Assembly: GCA_012840015.1 (NCBI GenBank)
Contig: DUMF01000017.1
Span: forward strand, 16,376-80,375
Length of the DNA: 64,000 nucleotides
Reading direction: 5' to 3'
Source: Bacillota bacterium
Lineage (GTDB): Bacteria > Bacillota > Sulfobacillia > DUMF01
The position numbers and the translations under genes were made by a program. A model generated the notes under the pieces. The model did no database searches and was not told the origin of the DNA. It saw nothing but the letters and a program-made list of their open reading frames with translations. This document shows, one piece after another, positions 1-10,483 of the stretch. Every line of letters begins with the position of its first letter. Position 1 is the stretch's first letter.

Positions 1-807
1 ACCGGAGCTTTCGCGGTGCCGTCTCCTACGATTACTGGCCACATCGGAGAGGACATCGTGATTATGCAAAAGGTACTCGGAGTAAAGGTTGCTATCTGTG
101 ACGCTTACTCTTCGCAGCCGTCGGTCGCGGAACTGGCGCGCATCGCATCAGAAGCGTACGTCGCTGGGCTGCAGGCTGGAAAGCCTGGCTTGGTACACCT
201 TCATGTGGGTCACCACGGCGATCCCTACCGCGTACTGGCAGAAGTGCAGAGGGTTTCGGGCGTGCCTGTAGCACAATTCGTTCCCACGCATTGCAACTGG
301 AGCCGTTCCCTGGTGAGCGGCGCAAAGGAATACGCCCTGAATGGCGGTTTTGTGGATTTCAGTACTGTGCTGGACCCTGCTAGGGGTAGCATCACTTCCG
401 TGAGGGCGAGCGAGGCTGTCATGGAGTTGGTGCACGGGGGAGTATCGCTCGACAGGATAACCCTGAGCTGCGATGGTAACGTCGGCATGCCCCTCAGGCT
501 GCCTGATGGCACGAAGATAGGGCTATACCTGGAGCGAGTGGGCTCGTTGTGGAGCGAACTGCGCCAGCTGGCATTGGGAGAATTGGGATTACGCCAAGCG
601 GTGAGCCTCGGGACGGAGAACCCTGCGAGGAGGCTCGGGCTGTACCCACGCAAAGGTAGCCTACTGCCCGGGGCCGATGCGGACATCATCGTACTGAACG
701 ACGACCTTACCATTCACAGCACTTATGCCAAGGGAGTTCTGGCATATTCAAAAGGACGATGCTTTTTGAAAAGCCAATTTCCAGAAGAGGGGTGTAGGAG
801 AGAGTGA
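1..807 (+). CDS. Isoaspartyl (beta-aspartyl) dipeptidase-like amidohydrolase, C-terminal part. The 5' end lies outside the window; the frame is open to position 1.
   Basis: The frame is open from nt 1 with no upstream stop. The metal-dependent amidohydrolase C-terminal pattern (HLHVGHHGD…; GADADIIVL) resembles IadA-type dipeptidases. Stop at 805-807. Confidence 0.5.
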   Translation, partial: TGAFAVPSPTITGHIGEDIVIMQKVLGVKVAICDAYSSQPSVAELARIASEAYVAGLQAGKPGLVHLHVGHHGDPYRVLAEVQRVSGVPVAQFVPTHCNWSRSLVSGAKEYALNGGFVDFSTVLDPARGSITSVRASEAVMELVHGGVSLDRITLSCDGNVGMPLRLPDGTKIGLYLERVGSLWSELRQLALGELGLRQAVSLGTENPARRLGLYPRKGSLLPGADADIIVLNDDLTIHSTYAKGVLAYSKGRCFLKSQFPEEGCRRE

Positions 808-1754
808 GTCAGGTTTCAGTGAGAGGGGAACGGTGGTTTCCCGCCACCACGCGTTTCGGGGAGGAGATGAAAGAGCTTTGGGGTGACTGGTATTGTGATT
901 CTGAGGTGGGCAAGCTCAGAGCGGTGCTCATGCATCGGCCAGGCCCCGAAATAGATGGCATGACTGACCCGACGCCATACCGGTTCAAGGCACTGATGGA
1001 TCCCGCGAAAGCCAGAGCTCAGCATGATGCTCTTGCAGAGGTATACAGGTCTCACGGGGTGCAGGTTTACTACGTCGAGAATACGAGACCTGATAGGCCG
1101 AACGCGATTTACATGAGAGACCTGATGTTCATGACACCTGAGGGTGCTATCATAGGCAGGCCTGCCATGGCTTCTCGCCGTGGTGAAGAGCGTTACGTAG
1201 CTGAAACTTTGGCACGACTCGGTGTGCCGATAATAAAGACTATCAACGGCGACGGCATATTCGAAGGTGCCTGTGCAATGTGGGTGGACAGGGAGACGGT
1301 ACTCCTGGGTACTGGGTCGCGTACGAATGAATCCGGAGCGGCGCAAGTGGAGTCGGAACTCAAGAATATAGGTGTGAAATACATCATAAGGTTCCAGATT
1401 CCCTATGGGCACGCTCATCTGGATGGACTGATGAATATAGCAGACAAAAAGACTGCCATTATCTTTCCGTGGCAAGTTCCTTACGACGTGTGTAAGCAGC
1501 TCCTCGACCGAGGTTTCACGTTGCTGGAGGCCACAGACATAGAGGAGGTCAAGTTGAGTTTCGGAGTTAACTTCGTGGCGCTCGAACCGGGGAAGGTGGT
1601 GATGCCGAAAGGGAATAAGAACTGCAAGGCGATTTTGGAGGGGGCCGGAATAGAGGTAATCGAGGTAGATATTTCGGAGCTGATGAAAGGTTGGGGAGCC
1701 GTACACTGCATGACGGCATTCCTGAAGAGAGACCCAATAGCCTTATGTGATTGA
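804..1754 (+). CDS. Amidinotransferase-superfamily enzyme (DDAH / arginine deiminase-like)
   Basis: 316-aa ORF whose C-terminal …GAVHCMTAFLKRD contains the catalytic Cys typical of the amidinotransferase/DDAH fold. The start is uncertain: GTG at 804 or ATG at 867. Confidence 0.5.
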   Translation: MSQVSVRGERWFPATTRFGEEMKELWGDWYCDSEVGKLRAVLMHRPGPEIDGMTDPTPYRFKALMDPAKARAQHDALAEVYRSHGVQVYYVENTRPDRPNAIYMRDLMFMTPEGAIIGRPAMASRRGEERYVAETLARLGVPIIKTINGDGIFEGACAMWVDRETVLLGTGSRTNESGAAQVESELKNIGVKYIIRFQIPYGHAHLDGLMNIADKKTAIIFPWQVPYDVCKQLLDRGFTLLEATDIEEVKLSFGVNFVALEPGKVVMPKGNKNCKAILEGAGIEVIEVDISELMKGWGAVHCMTAFLKRDPIALCD

Positions 1755-1770
1755 AAATGGAGGGACGAAA

Positions 1771-2643
1771 ATGAAGTGGTCTAAGAAGTTTATTGCGATT
1801 CTAATTACCGTATTAATGGCTGTAGCTCTACTGGCGGGTTGTAGCTCGGGTGGGGCGCAGAGCGGCCAACAGACAACTGCTCCTGCGGCCGAGACGCCGA
1901 AGACGACAAAATCTACAATCGACAGGGTAAAGGAAAAGGGAGAACTAGTAGTTGGCACAGCGCCTGGATACTTCCCATTCGAGATGATTGACAAGCAAGG
2001 TAACATCATTGGCTTCGACGTAGACATTGCTAAGAAGATCGCTGATACTCTTGGCGTAAAGCTGAGAATCGAGAGGTACGGTTTTGATGGTTTGATCCCT
2101 GCTTTGCAGACAGGCAAAATAGACATCGTAATTGCGGGTATGACCATCACGGGCAAGAGGGCGTTGGCGGCGAGTTTCAGTAATCCATATTACGAGACTG
2201 GACAGACGCTTCTCGTGAGCAAGAAGAACAACCCCAATGTGAAATCATGGAAGGATCTGGACGTTAAGGGCAAAGTCATCGGTGTGTCGCTGGGTACTAC
2301 CGGCGCTATGCTAGCGAAGCAGCTCTTTAAGAATGCAGAAGTACGGGATTTCGATATATTCCCTGATGCCTGCCTTGCGGCCTCTGCGGGTAAGATCGAC
2401 GGCATCGTTTACGATGAGCCTGGAGTAAGGGTCTACGTCTCACAACACCCCGACTCTGTATATGGCATTTATGATCTGCTCTCAAAGGAGAATCTCGGAA
2501 TAGCAGTGCAAAAGGACGATTTCTCAACCATACAGTGGTTGAATTCTTTCCTGTACTCCTTCAAGGATGGCGCGGAGTACAAGGCTATGGTTGAAAAGTG
2601 GTTCGAGAAGATGGACTGGATGAAGGAAGTAGAGGTAAAGTAA
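1771..2643 (+). CDS. Polar amino-acid ABC transporter substrate-binding lipoprotein (family 3 SBP)
   Basis: The lipoprotein signal LLAGCSS comes at the N-terminus, with the GGAGGGA RBS 5 nt before ATG 1771. The rest is a periplasmic-binding-protein fold next to a permease and an ATPase. Confidence 0.8.
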   Translation: MKWSKKFIAILITVLMAVALLAGCSSGGAQSGQQTTAPAAETPKTTKSTIDRVKEKGELVVGTAPGYFPFEMIDKQGNIIGFDVDIAKKIADTLGVKLRIERYGFDGLIPALQTGKIDIVIAGMTITGKRALAASFSNPYYETGQTLLVSKKNNPNVKSWKDLDVKGKVIGVSLGTTGAMLAKQLFKNAEVRDFDIFPDACLAASAGKIDGIVYDEPGVRVYVSQHPDSVYGIYDLLSKENLGIAVQKDDFSTIQWLNSFLYSFKDGAEYKAMVEKWFEKMDWMKEVEVK

Positions 2644-2703
2644 GAAGGGTTAGCGGTTACGGTTAAAAAATTGGGGGTGCTCCTTTTGATCGCAGGATAC
2701 ACG

Positions 2704-3351
2704 ATGGATTGGAGGGTTATCACCGAATACTTGCCCGTATTGCTATACGGGGTGGTGCTTACCCTGAGGCTGTCCGTAATGGCCATAATAGTGGCCATAG
2801 TGGTGGGAGTATTTGCCGGGCTGTGCCGGATATCCCGGAACCCTATAATCTCCTTTCTCGCCACTGCCTATGTAGAGTTCCTGAGGGGCATCCCCCTGCT
2901 CGTTTTCCTTATGTTCATCTACTTCGGTGTGGGCAGCTTCGTGAACCTTGACGTACAAGTGGCATCTGTCTTCGGCCTGGGGGTTTTCGCTGGTGCTTTC
3001 GTGGCAGAAATTGTGAGAGCGGGGATTGAATCCATCCCAAAGGGACAAATGGAAGCGGCGCGCTCCTCCGGTATGAGCTACCTTCAGGCGATGAGGTTTA
3101 TAATCTTGCCACAGGCCTTGCGGAGGATTCTCCCGCCGCTGGCGGGGCAATTCATAGCGCTTATAAAAGATTCATCTCTCGTGTCGGTCATATCGGGCAA
3201 GGACTTGACATTGCAGGCCAGGAACGTAATCATCGCGACGTTTCGCTCCTTTGAGGTATGGTTATTCACGGCGGCATTGTATTTCATCATGACATTCGCT
3301 CTTTCCCAGCTCTCCCATGCACTTGAGCGGAAATTCAAAATAGAACATTAG
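2704..3351 (+). CDS. Amino-acid ABC transporter permease (His/Glu/Gln/Arg/opine family)
   Basis: Multi-TM protein with the EAA-like loop …EAARSSGMSYLQAMRFIILPQALR. ATG at 2704 is preferred over the tool's TTG at 2671. Confidence 0.75.
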   Translation: MDWRVITEYLPVLLYGVVLTLRLSVMAIIVAIVVGVFAGLCRISRNPIISFLATAYVEFLRGIPLLVFLMFIYFGVGSFVNLDVQVASVFGLGVFAGAFVAEIVRAGIESIPKGQMEAARSSGMSYLQAMRFIILPQALRRILPPLAGQFIALIKDSSLVSVISGKDLTLQARNVIIATFRSFEVWLFTAALYFIMTFALSQLSHALERKFKIEH

Positions 3352-3376
3352 GATTCCATGGCTTGAGGTGGTTTAG

Positions 3377-4102
3377 GTGATACAGATTAGGGACGTGGTT
3401 AAACGTTATGGGCACTTACAGGTTTTGAATGGGGTAAACCTGGAGGTTGCGGATGGTCAAGTTGTCGTGATTTCCGGTCCAAGTGGTGCGGGGAAGAGCA
3501 CACTGTTGCGTACTATCAACGGTCTCGAACCCATTCACGGGGGAAGCATCGTGGTGAACGGCACGAACGTTCATGCCCGCGGCACTAACCTTAACAAACT
3601 GCGCCAAGAAATAGGGTTCGTGTTCCAGCATTTCAACCTGTACCCGCATCTTACCGCTTTACAGAATGTGACGATAGCCCCCATCCAGGTCAAAAAAATA
3701 CCTAGAGCTCAAGCTGAAGCAAAGGCGAAGGAGCTCCTTACGGCTCTAGGACTTAAAGATAAGATGCACAACTACCCAGCACAGCTTTCGGGCGGCCAGC
3801 AGCAAAGAGTGGCCATAGCTAGGGCTCTCGCCATGGACCCCAAGGTAATGTTATTCGATGAGCCTACCTCTGCATTGGACCCGGAGATGATAAAAGAAGT
3901 GTTAGACGCCATGAAGGCGCTTGCTGGGAAGGGCATGACCATGGTAGTGGTATCCCACGAGATGGGTTTTGCACGAGAAGTGGCGGATAAGGTGGCCTTC
4001 ATGGAAAGTGGCAAGGTTCTCGAAGAGGCGCCTCCTGAGGAATTCTTCAACAACCCCCAAAACCCTCGTGTGAAGGAATTCCTTAGCAAGATCCTCCGAT
4101 AG
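3377..4102 (+). CDS. Amino-acid ABC transporter ATP-binding protein (GlnQ-like)
   Basis: Walker [10 protein letters not shown], signature [15 protein letters not shown] and Walker [12 protein letters not shown] are all present. Confidence 0.85.
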   Translation: MIQIRDVVKRYGHLQVLNGVNLEVADGQVVVISGPSGAGKSTLLRTINGLEPIHGGSIVVNGTNVHARGTNLNKLRQEIGFVFQHFNLYPHLTALQNVTIAPIQVKKIPRAQAEAKAKELLTALGLKDKMHNYPAQLSGGQQQRVAIARALAMDPKVMLFDEPTSALDPEMIKEVLDAMKALAGKGMTMVVVSHEMGFAREVADKVAFMESGKVLEEAPPEEFFNNPQNPRVKEFLSKILR

Positions 4103-4125
4103 CAAGGCGGTTACCTTTTTGGAGG

Positions 4126-4709
4126 CTATCCCTTGTATGTCTGAGGGACGAGACTTTTGGTGGCGCGATAATAAGCGTACGTGAGTGGCTCACCGTCGTG
4201 GAGTATTCCTGCGCCTAGCACGTCTGCCACAAACAAACTATGTGTACCGGCATCTACCGTCATTTCTGGCCTTACCCTGCATTCGATAAAGGCGATCCCT
4301 GGGAGTACAACTGGGCATCCGGTGTGCTCCGCGAGGAGATAACTGAGCCCGGCGAACTTATCGATTTCCCGACCCGAGCGATATCCGAACCTTCCCACGA
4401 GGGGATGGCCGTCGGTGCCCAGCACAGTAGTAGCGAAAACGCCGCTTTTGGTTATGTACTCGTATGTTAGGTTCTTTTTATTAATACCTATTGCGATCCT
4501 ACGAGGGTTTTCAGTTATCTGAAAGAGCGTGTTGCAGCACTGCCCGTTTAACCTTTCGCCCAGGCGCGATGTGACTATATAAAGCCCGTAGGTTATCTTG
4601 AAAAGGGCCAAACCCACCGGGTCAGAGATGCCACGTAGAGTGATAGGCACGACCGGGGCTGGTGCTTCTGAGATTGCCGTTCGCTTACGCGTCTGGTCGT
4701 GCTCCATAA
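4126..4709 (-). CDS. Flavin reductase-like (FMN-binding split-barrel) protein
   Basis: Internal ATG at 4709 is preceded by GGAGGA. The flavin-reductase-like domain (…GISDPVGLALFKITYGLYIVTS…) follows. It sits directly downstream of the ABC-2 permease. Confidence 0.55.
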
Positions 4710-4729
4710 CACATTTCCTCCTTCGCTGT

Positions 4730-6382
4730 TTAGAACTCGAGCTGTAAATACTGGCTCCTGGCGAGACGACGTACTGCCGCCTGAAGGTAAGCCGATATGA
4801 CCCCGATGACTGGCAACACTGCAAGCGTGGCTACCCTCATTCCTAGCCCCATCCTGAGGAATAGCCAGAACAAGCCCGCTAGAGCAGCGACTAAAAGAGC
4901 GCCGAGCAAACCTGCGATTAGCCCGTTGTAGTTCCCCTTCATCGCTTGCTGCGGGTGAGTCCATTGTAAGCGTGGATGCAGGAGGTCTACGAGCAGCCCA
5001 ATTTGAGTCAAAGGAAGTGTTAGCGCCAAGCTTAGGGATGCGAGCCTCGCTATAGAAGCCACATCCAGGATACGGAAAAAGCACACGCTGATCAGCAGCA
5101 CCAAGAGCTGGGCAGTTCCATAGAGCATTCCGTAGAGCAGCTTTGCGTTGACCTGGATTTCAGGCGGTACCGGAATTAGCCTGGAAATCCAGAACGACTT
5201 GCCTTCCCTCGATACCGCAGTCGACGGTACCTGATTCGTCGCTACCAGCAAGCCAGAGAAACCTGTGATAGCGGGTACAAGCAAGGAGTTGCCACGTAAC
5301 TGATTGAGAAGGCCGGGCAGAGAAGCGGGCCCATGGGAGGTGGCAGCCCTGCTAACCAGCAGCAAGAGGGGTACCACCATTAGGTTCATTATGGCTGTCA
5401 TTAGGAAAGCCGGTGTACGGGTAAGATTCCAGTGTTCTCTGCGCAGCAGCGCTAGAGTAACCCCATCTGGAAGAACCTGAACGATTTGCTCGGCTCTTGC
5501 ACGCCTTCTGAGTTGGGTTTCTGCGGATAGATTGATGACGATATTACTCACGGCTGCGGCGACTACTGTAAGAAACGCCAGCGACGCTGCTAAAAAGCCC
5601 AACGAATACCATAGTGTGTAAGGACCATCGGACGAAAGTGCCCGAGCTGCCCACTGCAGTGGCGGAAATACTCTGCTCAGACGACTGGAGAACGTCTGAT
5701 ACCCATAAAGGGATGAAACGAGTCTTCCTGGATCACTCAAAGAGGTCCCGATATTCGCGTTGATCGACTGAAAGAAGACAATGGCTGCGAAGAAAATCAG
5801 GCTACTGAGTACCCGGAAGAAGTCCTTGCCCGGCAAACGTTCCGTGAGCTTCATCATTAGGGTCAAGCACAACAGAGACAACCCGAGCGGTACCAACGGA
5901 GAAAAGAGATACACCAGGACTGCGTTTAACCAGAAGATTGGGCCCATGTGAAAGGAAATGCCGGTAACCGCCGCAAAAGGCCAAAAGAATACCGCCAGGA
6001 TGAGACTAATACTGAGGTAAAGCGGTGCAAGCTCACCCATAGCTATCTGGAAGGGCGTCAAGGGCAGCACTTTTAACCTCTTTAAGTCTTTGGAGAAGTA
6101 CAATGAGGACAATACGTGGGGTATTCCGAAAAACACACAGATGATTTGGGATAGAGATACAATTAGCACTGCAGGTAGATCCCAAGCTCCTACCATCGAA
6201 GACGCTATAGTTAAGGCCCTGGCGGATACCGCTATGCTCGTAACGAAAGGTACCAGTGCAACTACGATTAGCAGAAGAAACAGGTGTTTATACTTCTGTT
6301 TTCGACCAATCCCCAGTAATTCCAACTGAGCGGCTAGATTAAACTGAGCCTTGATTAGAAACCAGATTACGCGTAGGGTCAC
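4730..6382 (-). CDS. ABC-2 type transporter permease (large polytopic membrane protein)
   Basis: 550 aa, highly hydrophobic with many predicted TM segments. Its start overlaps the stop of the upstream ABC ATPase (TGATG). Confidence 0.5.
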   Translation of the reverse strand: MTLRVIWFLIKAQFNLAAQLELLGIGRKQKYKHLFLLLIVVALVPFVTSIAVSARALTIASSMVGAWDLPAVLIVSLSQIICVFFGIPHVLSSLYFSKDLKRLKVLPLTPFQIAMGELAPLYLSISLILAVFFWPFAAVTGISFHMGPIFWLNAVLVYLFSPLVPLGLSLLCLTLMMKLTERLPGKDFFRVLSSLIFFAAIVFFQSINANIGTSLSDPGRLVSSLYGYQTFSSRLSRVFPPLQWAARALSSDGPYTLWYSLGFLAASLAFLTVVAAAVSNIVINLSAETQLRRRARAEQIVQVLPDGVTLALLRREHWNLTRTPAFLMTAIMNLMVVPLLLLVSRAATSHGPASLPGLLNQLRGNSLLVPAITGFSGLLVATNQVPSTAVSREGKSFWISRLIPVPPEIQVNAKLLYGMLYGTAQLLVLLISVCFFRILDVASIARLASLSLALTLPLTQIGLLVDLLHPRLQWTHPQQAMKGNYNGLIAGLLGALLVAALAGLFWLFLRMGLGMRVATLAVLPVIGVISAYLQAAVRRLARSQYLQLEF

Positions 6383-7164
6383 TAAACGTCACACCATCCT
6401 AACGAGCCAGGTATTCGATCTGTTCCTGGCGGGAGCTTGGCCCCTGTGATCTCCAAGAAAAGCTCTTCCAGGCTCTGGTTTTCTTTCGAAGCAAACAGCT
6501 CTTTCACCTGCTCGAGGGTGCCCGCAGCGATCAGTTTCCCTTTATGGATTATTCCTATCGTGTCACAGATTCTCTCGGCTATTTCCAGCACGTGTGTGGA
6601 GAAAAAGACAGTTCCCCCAGAGGAAGCGTGAGAGCGCATCAGGCCCTTCAGAATAAATGACGAACGCGGATCCAGGCCTACGATGGGTTCGTCCAAAATC
6701 CACACTGGCGGGTTATGAACGAGAGAACCGATTATGGCGAGCTTCTGCTTCATTCCGTGCGAGTAATTCTGTACGATATCGTCGATTACAGGGGAAAGCT
6801 CAAAAGCATCCAATAAAGCGTTTACTCGTTCGAGGTTTTTAGAATCTACTCCGTATACGCTTGCAAGGAACCTAATGTACTCCCTGCCGGTCACCTTGTC
6901 CCATATATCTACATCGTCAGGCACATATCCTAAGACTCTTTTAGCGGAAATCGGATTTTTTACGACGTCGATTCCTTCGACGCGAATGCTCCCCCGGTCA
7001 GGTCTCAGAAGCCCGATGATCATTTTGATCGTCGTGGTTTTTCCTGCCCCGTTAGGTCCTAGAAACCCGAAAACCTCTCCATTTTTGACTTCCAGATCGA
7101 GAGAATCTACCGCTGGTTTGTCCGACCTAGCATAACTCTTGCTGACGGAACGAAGCTCAATCAT
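6382..7164 (-). CDS. ABC transporter ATP-binding protein
   Basis: Walker A GPNGAGKTT, Walker B VWILDEP and an ABC signature-like region are present. Confidence 0.8.
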   Translation of the reverse strand: MIELRSVSKSYARSDKPAVDSLDLEVKNGEVFGFLGPNGAGKTTTIKMIIGLLRPDRGSIRVEGIDVVKNPISAKRVLGYVPDDVDIWDKVTGREYIRFLASVYGVDSKNLERVNALLDAFELSPVIDDIVQNYSHGMKQKLAIIGSLVHNPPVWILDEPIVGLDPRSSFILKGLMRSHASSGGTVFFSTHVLEIAERICDTIGIIHKGKLIAAGTLEQVKELFASKENQSLEELFLEITGAKLPPGTDRIPGSLGWCDV

Positions 7165-7197
7165 CCGTTGGCTCCCTTCGCGGCGAGTTGGCTGAGT

Positions 7198-7674
7198 TCA
7201 AGCGAGTATCTTCTCTAACATTTCGTTAGCAGCACTTTCTTCCATGTTCTTGGCCAAGACTAGTTCGCTGATGAGTATTTGCCTTGCACTATCAAGCATC
7301 TTGCGCTCGCCGGTCGAGAGGCCCTTTTCCTTATCCCTCAGCCAGAGATTCCGGACCACCTCTGCGACTTCGTAGATGTTCCCGGATTTTATCTTTTCAA
7401 GGTTAGCCCTATATCGCCGGTTCCAATTGGTGGACATTTTACCGCTGTGAGCTTTGAGTACCTTTACGACGTTGTCCACTTCTTTAGCATCGATCACTGG
7501 CCGCAGGCCAACGCGTTCGGAGCTCGTTACAGGTATCATCACTTTCATTTCGCCGATGGGAAGCTTCATTATATAGTAGCTTTGTTTCTCTCCGAGTACC
7601 TCCTTTTCTTCAATGGCCTGTATCACACCGGCGCCATGCATAGGATATACCACTTTATCGCCGACTTTGAACAT
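7198..7674 (-). CDS. CarD/CdnL-family transcriptional regulator (RNAP-interacting)
   Basis: The N-terminal MFKVGDKVVYPMHGAGVIQAIEEKEVLGE… matches the CarD_CdnL_TRCF RNAP-interacting domain. Length 158 aa. Confidence 0.7.
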   Translation of the reverse strand: MFKVGDKVVYPMHGAGVIQAIEEKEVLGEKQSYYIMKLPIGEMKVMIPVTSSERVGLRPVIDAKEVDNVVKVLKAHSGKMSTNWNRRYRANLEKIKSGNIYEVAEVVRNLWLRDKEKGLSTGERKMLDSARQILISELVLAKNMEESAANEMLEKILA

Positions 7675-7874
7675 CTCGTTGCCTCCCAGAACCAGTTAGC
7701 TTCATGATAGCATAAAATGCCAGCATAGTCAATAAAACTTGAATTCTATCATCATTACCTTCGGCTTGTCTACTCCCATTATTTTACGGGTTACTGGGAA
7801 AAGCAGTGCCTTCGTCTGTAGCGGTTGGGTTACCATGTATTGTAATATGATCCTCAGGGATCGAAACGGCAGGG

Positions 7875-8327
7875 GTGAGGGATTTGAGAAACGTGGCTTT
7901 ACATAGAGTACGTTATGCGGAAACTGACCAAATGGGTGTGGTGTACTATGCCAACCATTTCATCTGGTTTGAAATCGGCCGGGCCGAGTTTTTGCGGGCA
8001 GCCGGCATACCGTATTTGGAGCTAGAGAAGCGAGGCATCTTCACTCCGGTGGCAGAGGCATACTGTAAGTATAAGACGCCGGCCAGGTATGACGAGCTCA
8101 TAGAGGTGGACACTAGTATCGTCGCGCTAAAGGGTGCGAGAATACGCTTCGAGTACGAAATCAGACATCACGATACGGGGGTCGTAATTGCCGAAGGTTA
8201 TACCGTGATGGCTTTCGTTGACCGTCAAGGGCGACCTATCGCGATAGAAGTTGCATGTCCCGACGTTTTCGAAAAGTTGCGTTCGGTCGTGACTGAGTCG
8301 AGATGGGGGGCTAAACACCATGGATAA
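7875..8327 (+). CDS. Acyl-CoA thioesterase (hotdog fold, YbgC/4HBT family)
   Basis: The …[18 protein letters not shown]… hotdog thioesterase core, about 150 aa. Confidence 0.65.
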   Translation: MRDLRNVALHRVRYAETDQMGVVYYANHFIWFEIGRAEFLRAAGIPYLELEKRGIFTPVAEAYCKYKTPARYDELIEVDTSIVALKGARIRFEYEIRHHDTGVVIAEGYTVMAFVDRQGRPIAIEVACPDVFEKLRSVVTESRWGAKHHG

Positions 8328-9261
8328 CCGAGAAGTATACGATGTAGCTATCGTTGGCGCCGGACCGGCGGGATTGACTGCGGCTATTTACTGCGGGAGG
8401 GCAGGGCTGAAGACCTTAGTAATGGAAAGGATGGTCCCAGGGGGGCAGGCTGCAACTACGGATAAAATCGAAAACTACCCGGGGTTTCCAGAGGGAATAT
8501 CTGGCCCTGAGCTCATGCGGAAAATGGAAGCGCAGGCCAGGAAATTCGGGGTGCCTGTAGAAATGACCGAGGTAACCGGCATCGAAAAAAATGGGGATAT
8601 GTTCCGCCTGACGTTACCAGACGGTGAGGTCAGGAGCAGGTCAGTCATCATCGCAACTGGTAGCAGGGAAAGACCGCTGGGGGTACCTGGCGAAAAGGAG
8701 TACCGTGGCCGCGGAGTATCATACTGTGCGACGTGCGATGGAGCTTTTTACAGGGGTAAAGAGGTAGTTGTCGTCGGAGGAGGAGATTCAGCTATCGTAG
8801 AGGCCATCTTTTTAACCAGATTTGCCTCGAAAGTTAGTGTGATACATAGGCGGGACCAATTGCGGGCGGCCGCAGCTCTGCGGGAACGAGCTATGGCCAA
8901 CCCGAAGATACAATTTGTTTGGAATACGGTTGTCACGGGCATATATGGCACTGACAAGGTGGAGTATGTAAGCCTCAAGAACAGGGTGACGGGCGAGGAA
9001 AGCCGGCTTGACACGTCAGGCGTATTCGTTTATGCCGGCCTCGTACCCAATTCGGAGTTCGTAATAGGCAAGCTTGAGCTGACGCAGGATGGCTACATTC
9101 TCACCGATGAGTTTCTCCAAACCACTCTACCAGGTGTTTTCGCAGCCGGAGACGTGCGTAAAAAACCCGCCAGGCAGGTAGCCACGGCAGTAGGGGATGG
9201 GGCTTTGGCCGCGATGAGCGCGGAAAACTTCCTTGCGCTTCAGGTACGGGGGCAGAAATAA
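8320..9261 (+). CDS. trxB: Thioredoxin-disulfide reductase
   Basis: FAD motif GAGPAG, redox-active CATCDG, NADPH motif GGGDSA. Length 313 aa. Confidence 0.85.
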   Translation: MDNREVYDVAIVGAGPAGLTAAIYCGRAGLKTLVMERMVPGGQAATTDKIENYPGFPEGISGPELMRKMEAQARKFGVPVEMTEVTGIEKNGDMFRLTLPDGEVRSRSVIIATGSRERPLGVPGEKEYRGRGVSYCATCDGAFYRGKEVVVVGGGDSAIVEAIFLTRFASKVSVIHRRDQLRAAAALRERAMANPKIQFVWNTVVTGIYGTDKVEYVSLKNRVTGEESRLDTSGVFVYAGLVPNSEFVIGKLELTQDGYILTDEFLQTTLPGVFAAGDVRKKPARQVATAVGDGALAAMSAENFLALQVRGQK

Positions 9262-10434
9262 ATGGCAGTAGTGCGCCTGAAGCCCGGGGAGCAGAAGAGA
9301 CTGCTGGCAGGTCACCCGTGGGTTTACGCCAACGAGGTCTCCCGGATACACGGCGAGTTCCAGCCAGGCGATATAGTGGATGTAGTCGACTCCAGAGGAC
9401 GGTTCGTGGGACGAGGGTTTATCAACCCTGCCTCACAGATCCTGGTCCGGTTGCTCACGTTTGAGCAGGAGGATGTGGACCGATCCTTCATCGCACAGAG
9501 GGTGCAGCAGGCGGTACAGATGAGAAGGGAGATCCTCGGTGATCTGGATGCCTGCAGGATGGTATTTGGAGAGGCAGATTTCCTTCCCGGACTGATAGTC
9601 GACAAATTTGGGGATGTGTTGGTGTTCCAAACCCTGGCACTTGGGATGGAAGTGCGCAAGGATTGGATCCTTGAATCGCTGAAAGAAGTGCTGAATCCTC
9701 GAGGTTTGTTCGAGCGGAACGACGTGCCCGTTAGGGAACTGGAAGGACTGAGCCTGAAGTCTGGCTTCGCGAGCGATCCGTTCAATACGCTTGTGGAAAT
9801 CGAAGAGGAAGGCCTTCGTTTTCTGGTGGATGTACAGTCCGGTCAGAAGACGGGGCATTTCTTAGACCAGAGGGAGAACAGAGCTGCGATTGCCAGATAC
9901 GTCAAAGGGGCGCGAGTGCTTGACTGTTTCTGCCATACAGGAGGGTTCGCCCTGCAAGCGTTGCGGGCTGGGGCAGAAGCTGCCGAGGGAATCGATGCTT
10001 CCGAACTGGCCATAGACCTTGCAAAAGCCAATGCAGAGAGGAATGGCGTGGCCAGGGCCAGGTTTACGGTGGGCAACGTTTTTGACGAGCTGCGTAGCAG
10101 GGCCAAGCGTGGAGAAAAGTACGACGCCATAATACTAGATCCTCCAGCGTTTGCCAAGAATAGGGCGGCTTTGGCTGGAGCTTTGCGGGGGTATAAGGAA
10201 ATTAACCTGCGGGCAATGAAAATGCTAATTCCCGGAGGGATCCTCGTTACGTGTTCGTGCTCACAACACGTGAGCGAACAGGAGTTTTTCGACACGATTG
10301 CAGCTGCAGCACATGACGCTGGAGTTAGGCTTCGGCTGTTGGAACGGCGGGGGCAGCCACCGGACCACCCAATCCTGGTGGGTGCTCCGGAAACCGCCTA
10401 CTTGAAGTGTTTGATTTTTCGAGTTGAAAAGTGA
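9262..10434 (+). CDS. rlmI: Class I SAM-dependent rRNA methyltransferase (RlmI/YccW-like, PUA + MTase)
   Basis: An N-terminal PUA-like domain precedes a SAM methyltransferase core (…VLDCFCHTGGFAL…DPPAF…). Length 390 aa. Confidence 0.7.
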   Translation: MAVVRLKPGEQKRLLAGHPWVYANEVSRIHGEFQPGDIVDVVDSRGRFVGRGFINPASQILVRLLTFEQEDVDRSFIAQRVQQAVQMRREILGDLDACRMVFGEADFLPGLIVDKFGDVLVFQTLALGMEVRKDWILESLKEVLNPRGLFERNDVPVRELEGLSLKSGFASDPFNTLVEIEEEGLRFLVDVQSGQKTGHFLDQRENRAAIARYVKGARVLDCFCHTGGFALQALRAGAEAAEGIDASELAIDLAKANAERNGVARARFTVGNVFDELRSRAKRGEKYDAIILDPPAFAKNRAALAGALRGYKEINLRAMKMLIPGGILVTCSCSQHVSEQEFFDTIAAAAHDAGVRLRLLERRGQPPDHPILVGAPETAYLKCLIFRVEK

Positions 10435-10463
10435 CTCGCGAAAATGCTACAATGTTCCAAGAA

Positions 10464-10480
10464 GGTCAAGGAAGGTCAAT
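10464..10480 (+). promoter_or_regulatory. CtsR operator (tandem heptad direct repeat GGTCAAG-GAA-GGTCAAT) in the ctsR promoter region
   Basis: Matches the CtsR box consensus (A/G)GTCAAA-NAN-(A/G)GTCAAA. It sits 4 nt upstream of the ctsR ATG, downstream of a TACAAT -10-like element at about 10446. Confidence 0.6.
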
Positions 10481-10483
10481 CCG

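Noticed and set aside
816-1706. 296-aa minus-strand ORF
   Set aside because: It is antisense to the amidinotransferase-like CDS, which has a recognisable catalytic motif. No start context supports the minus ORF.
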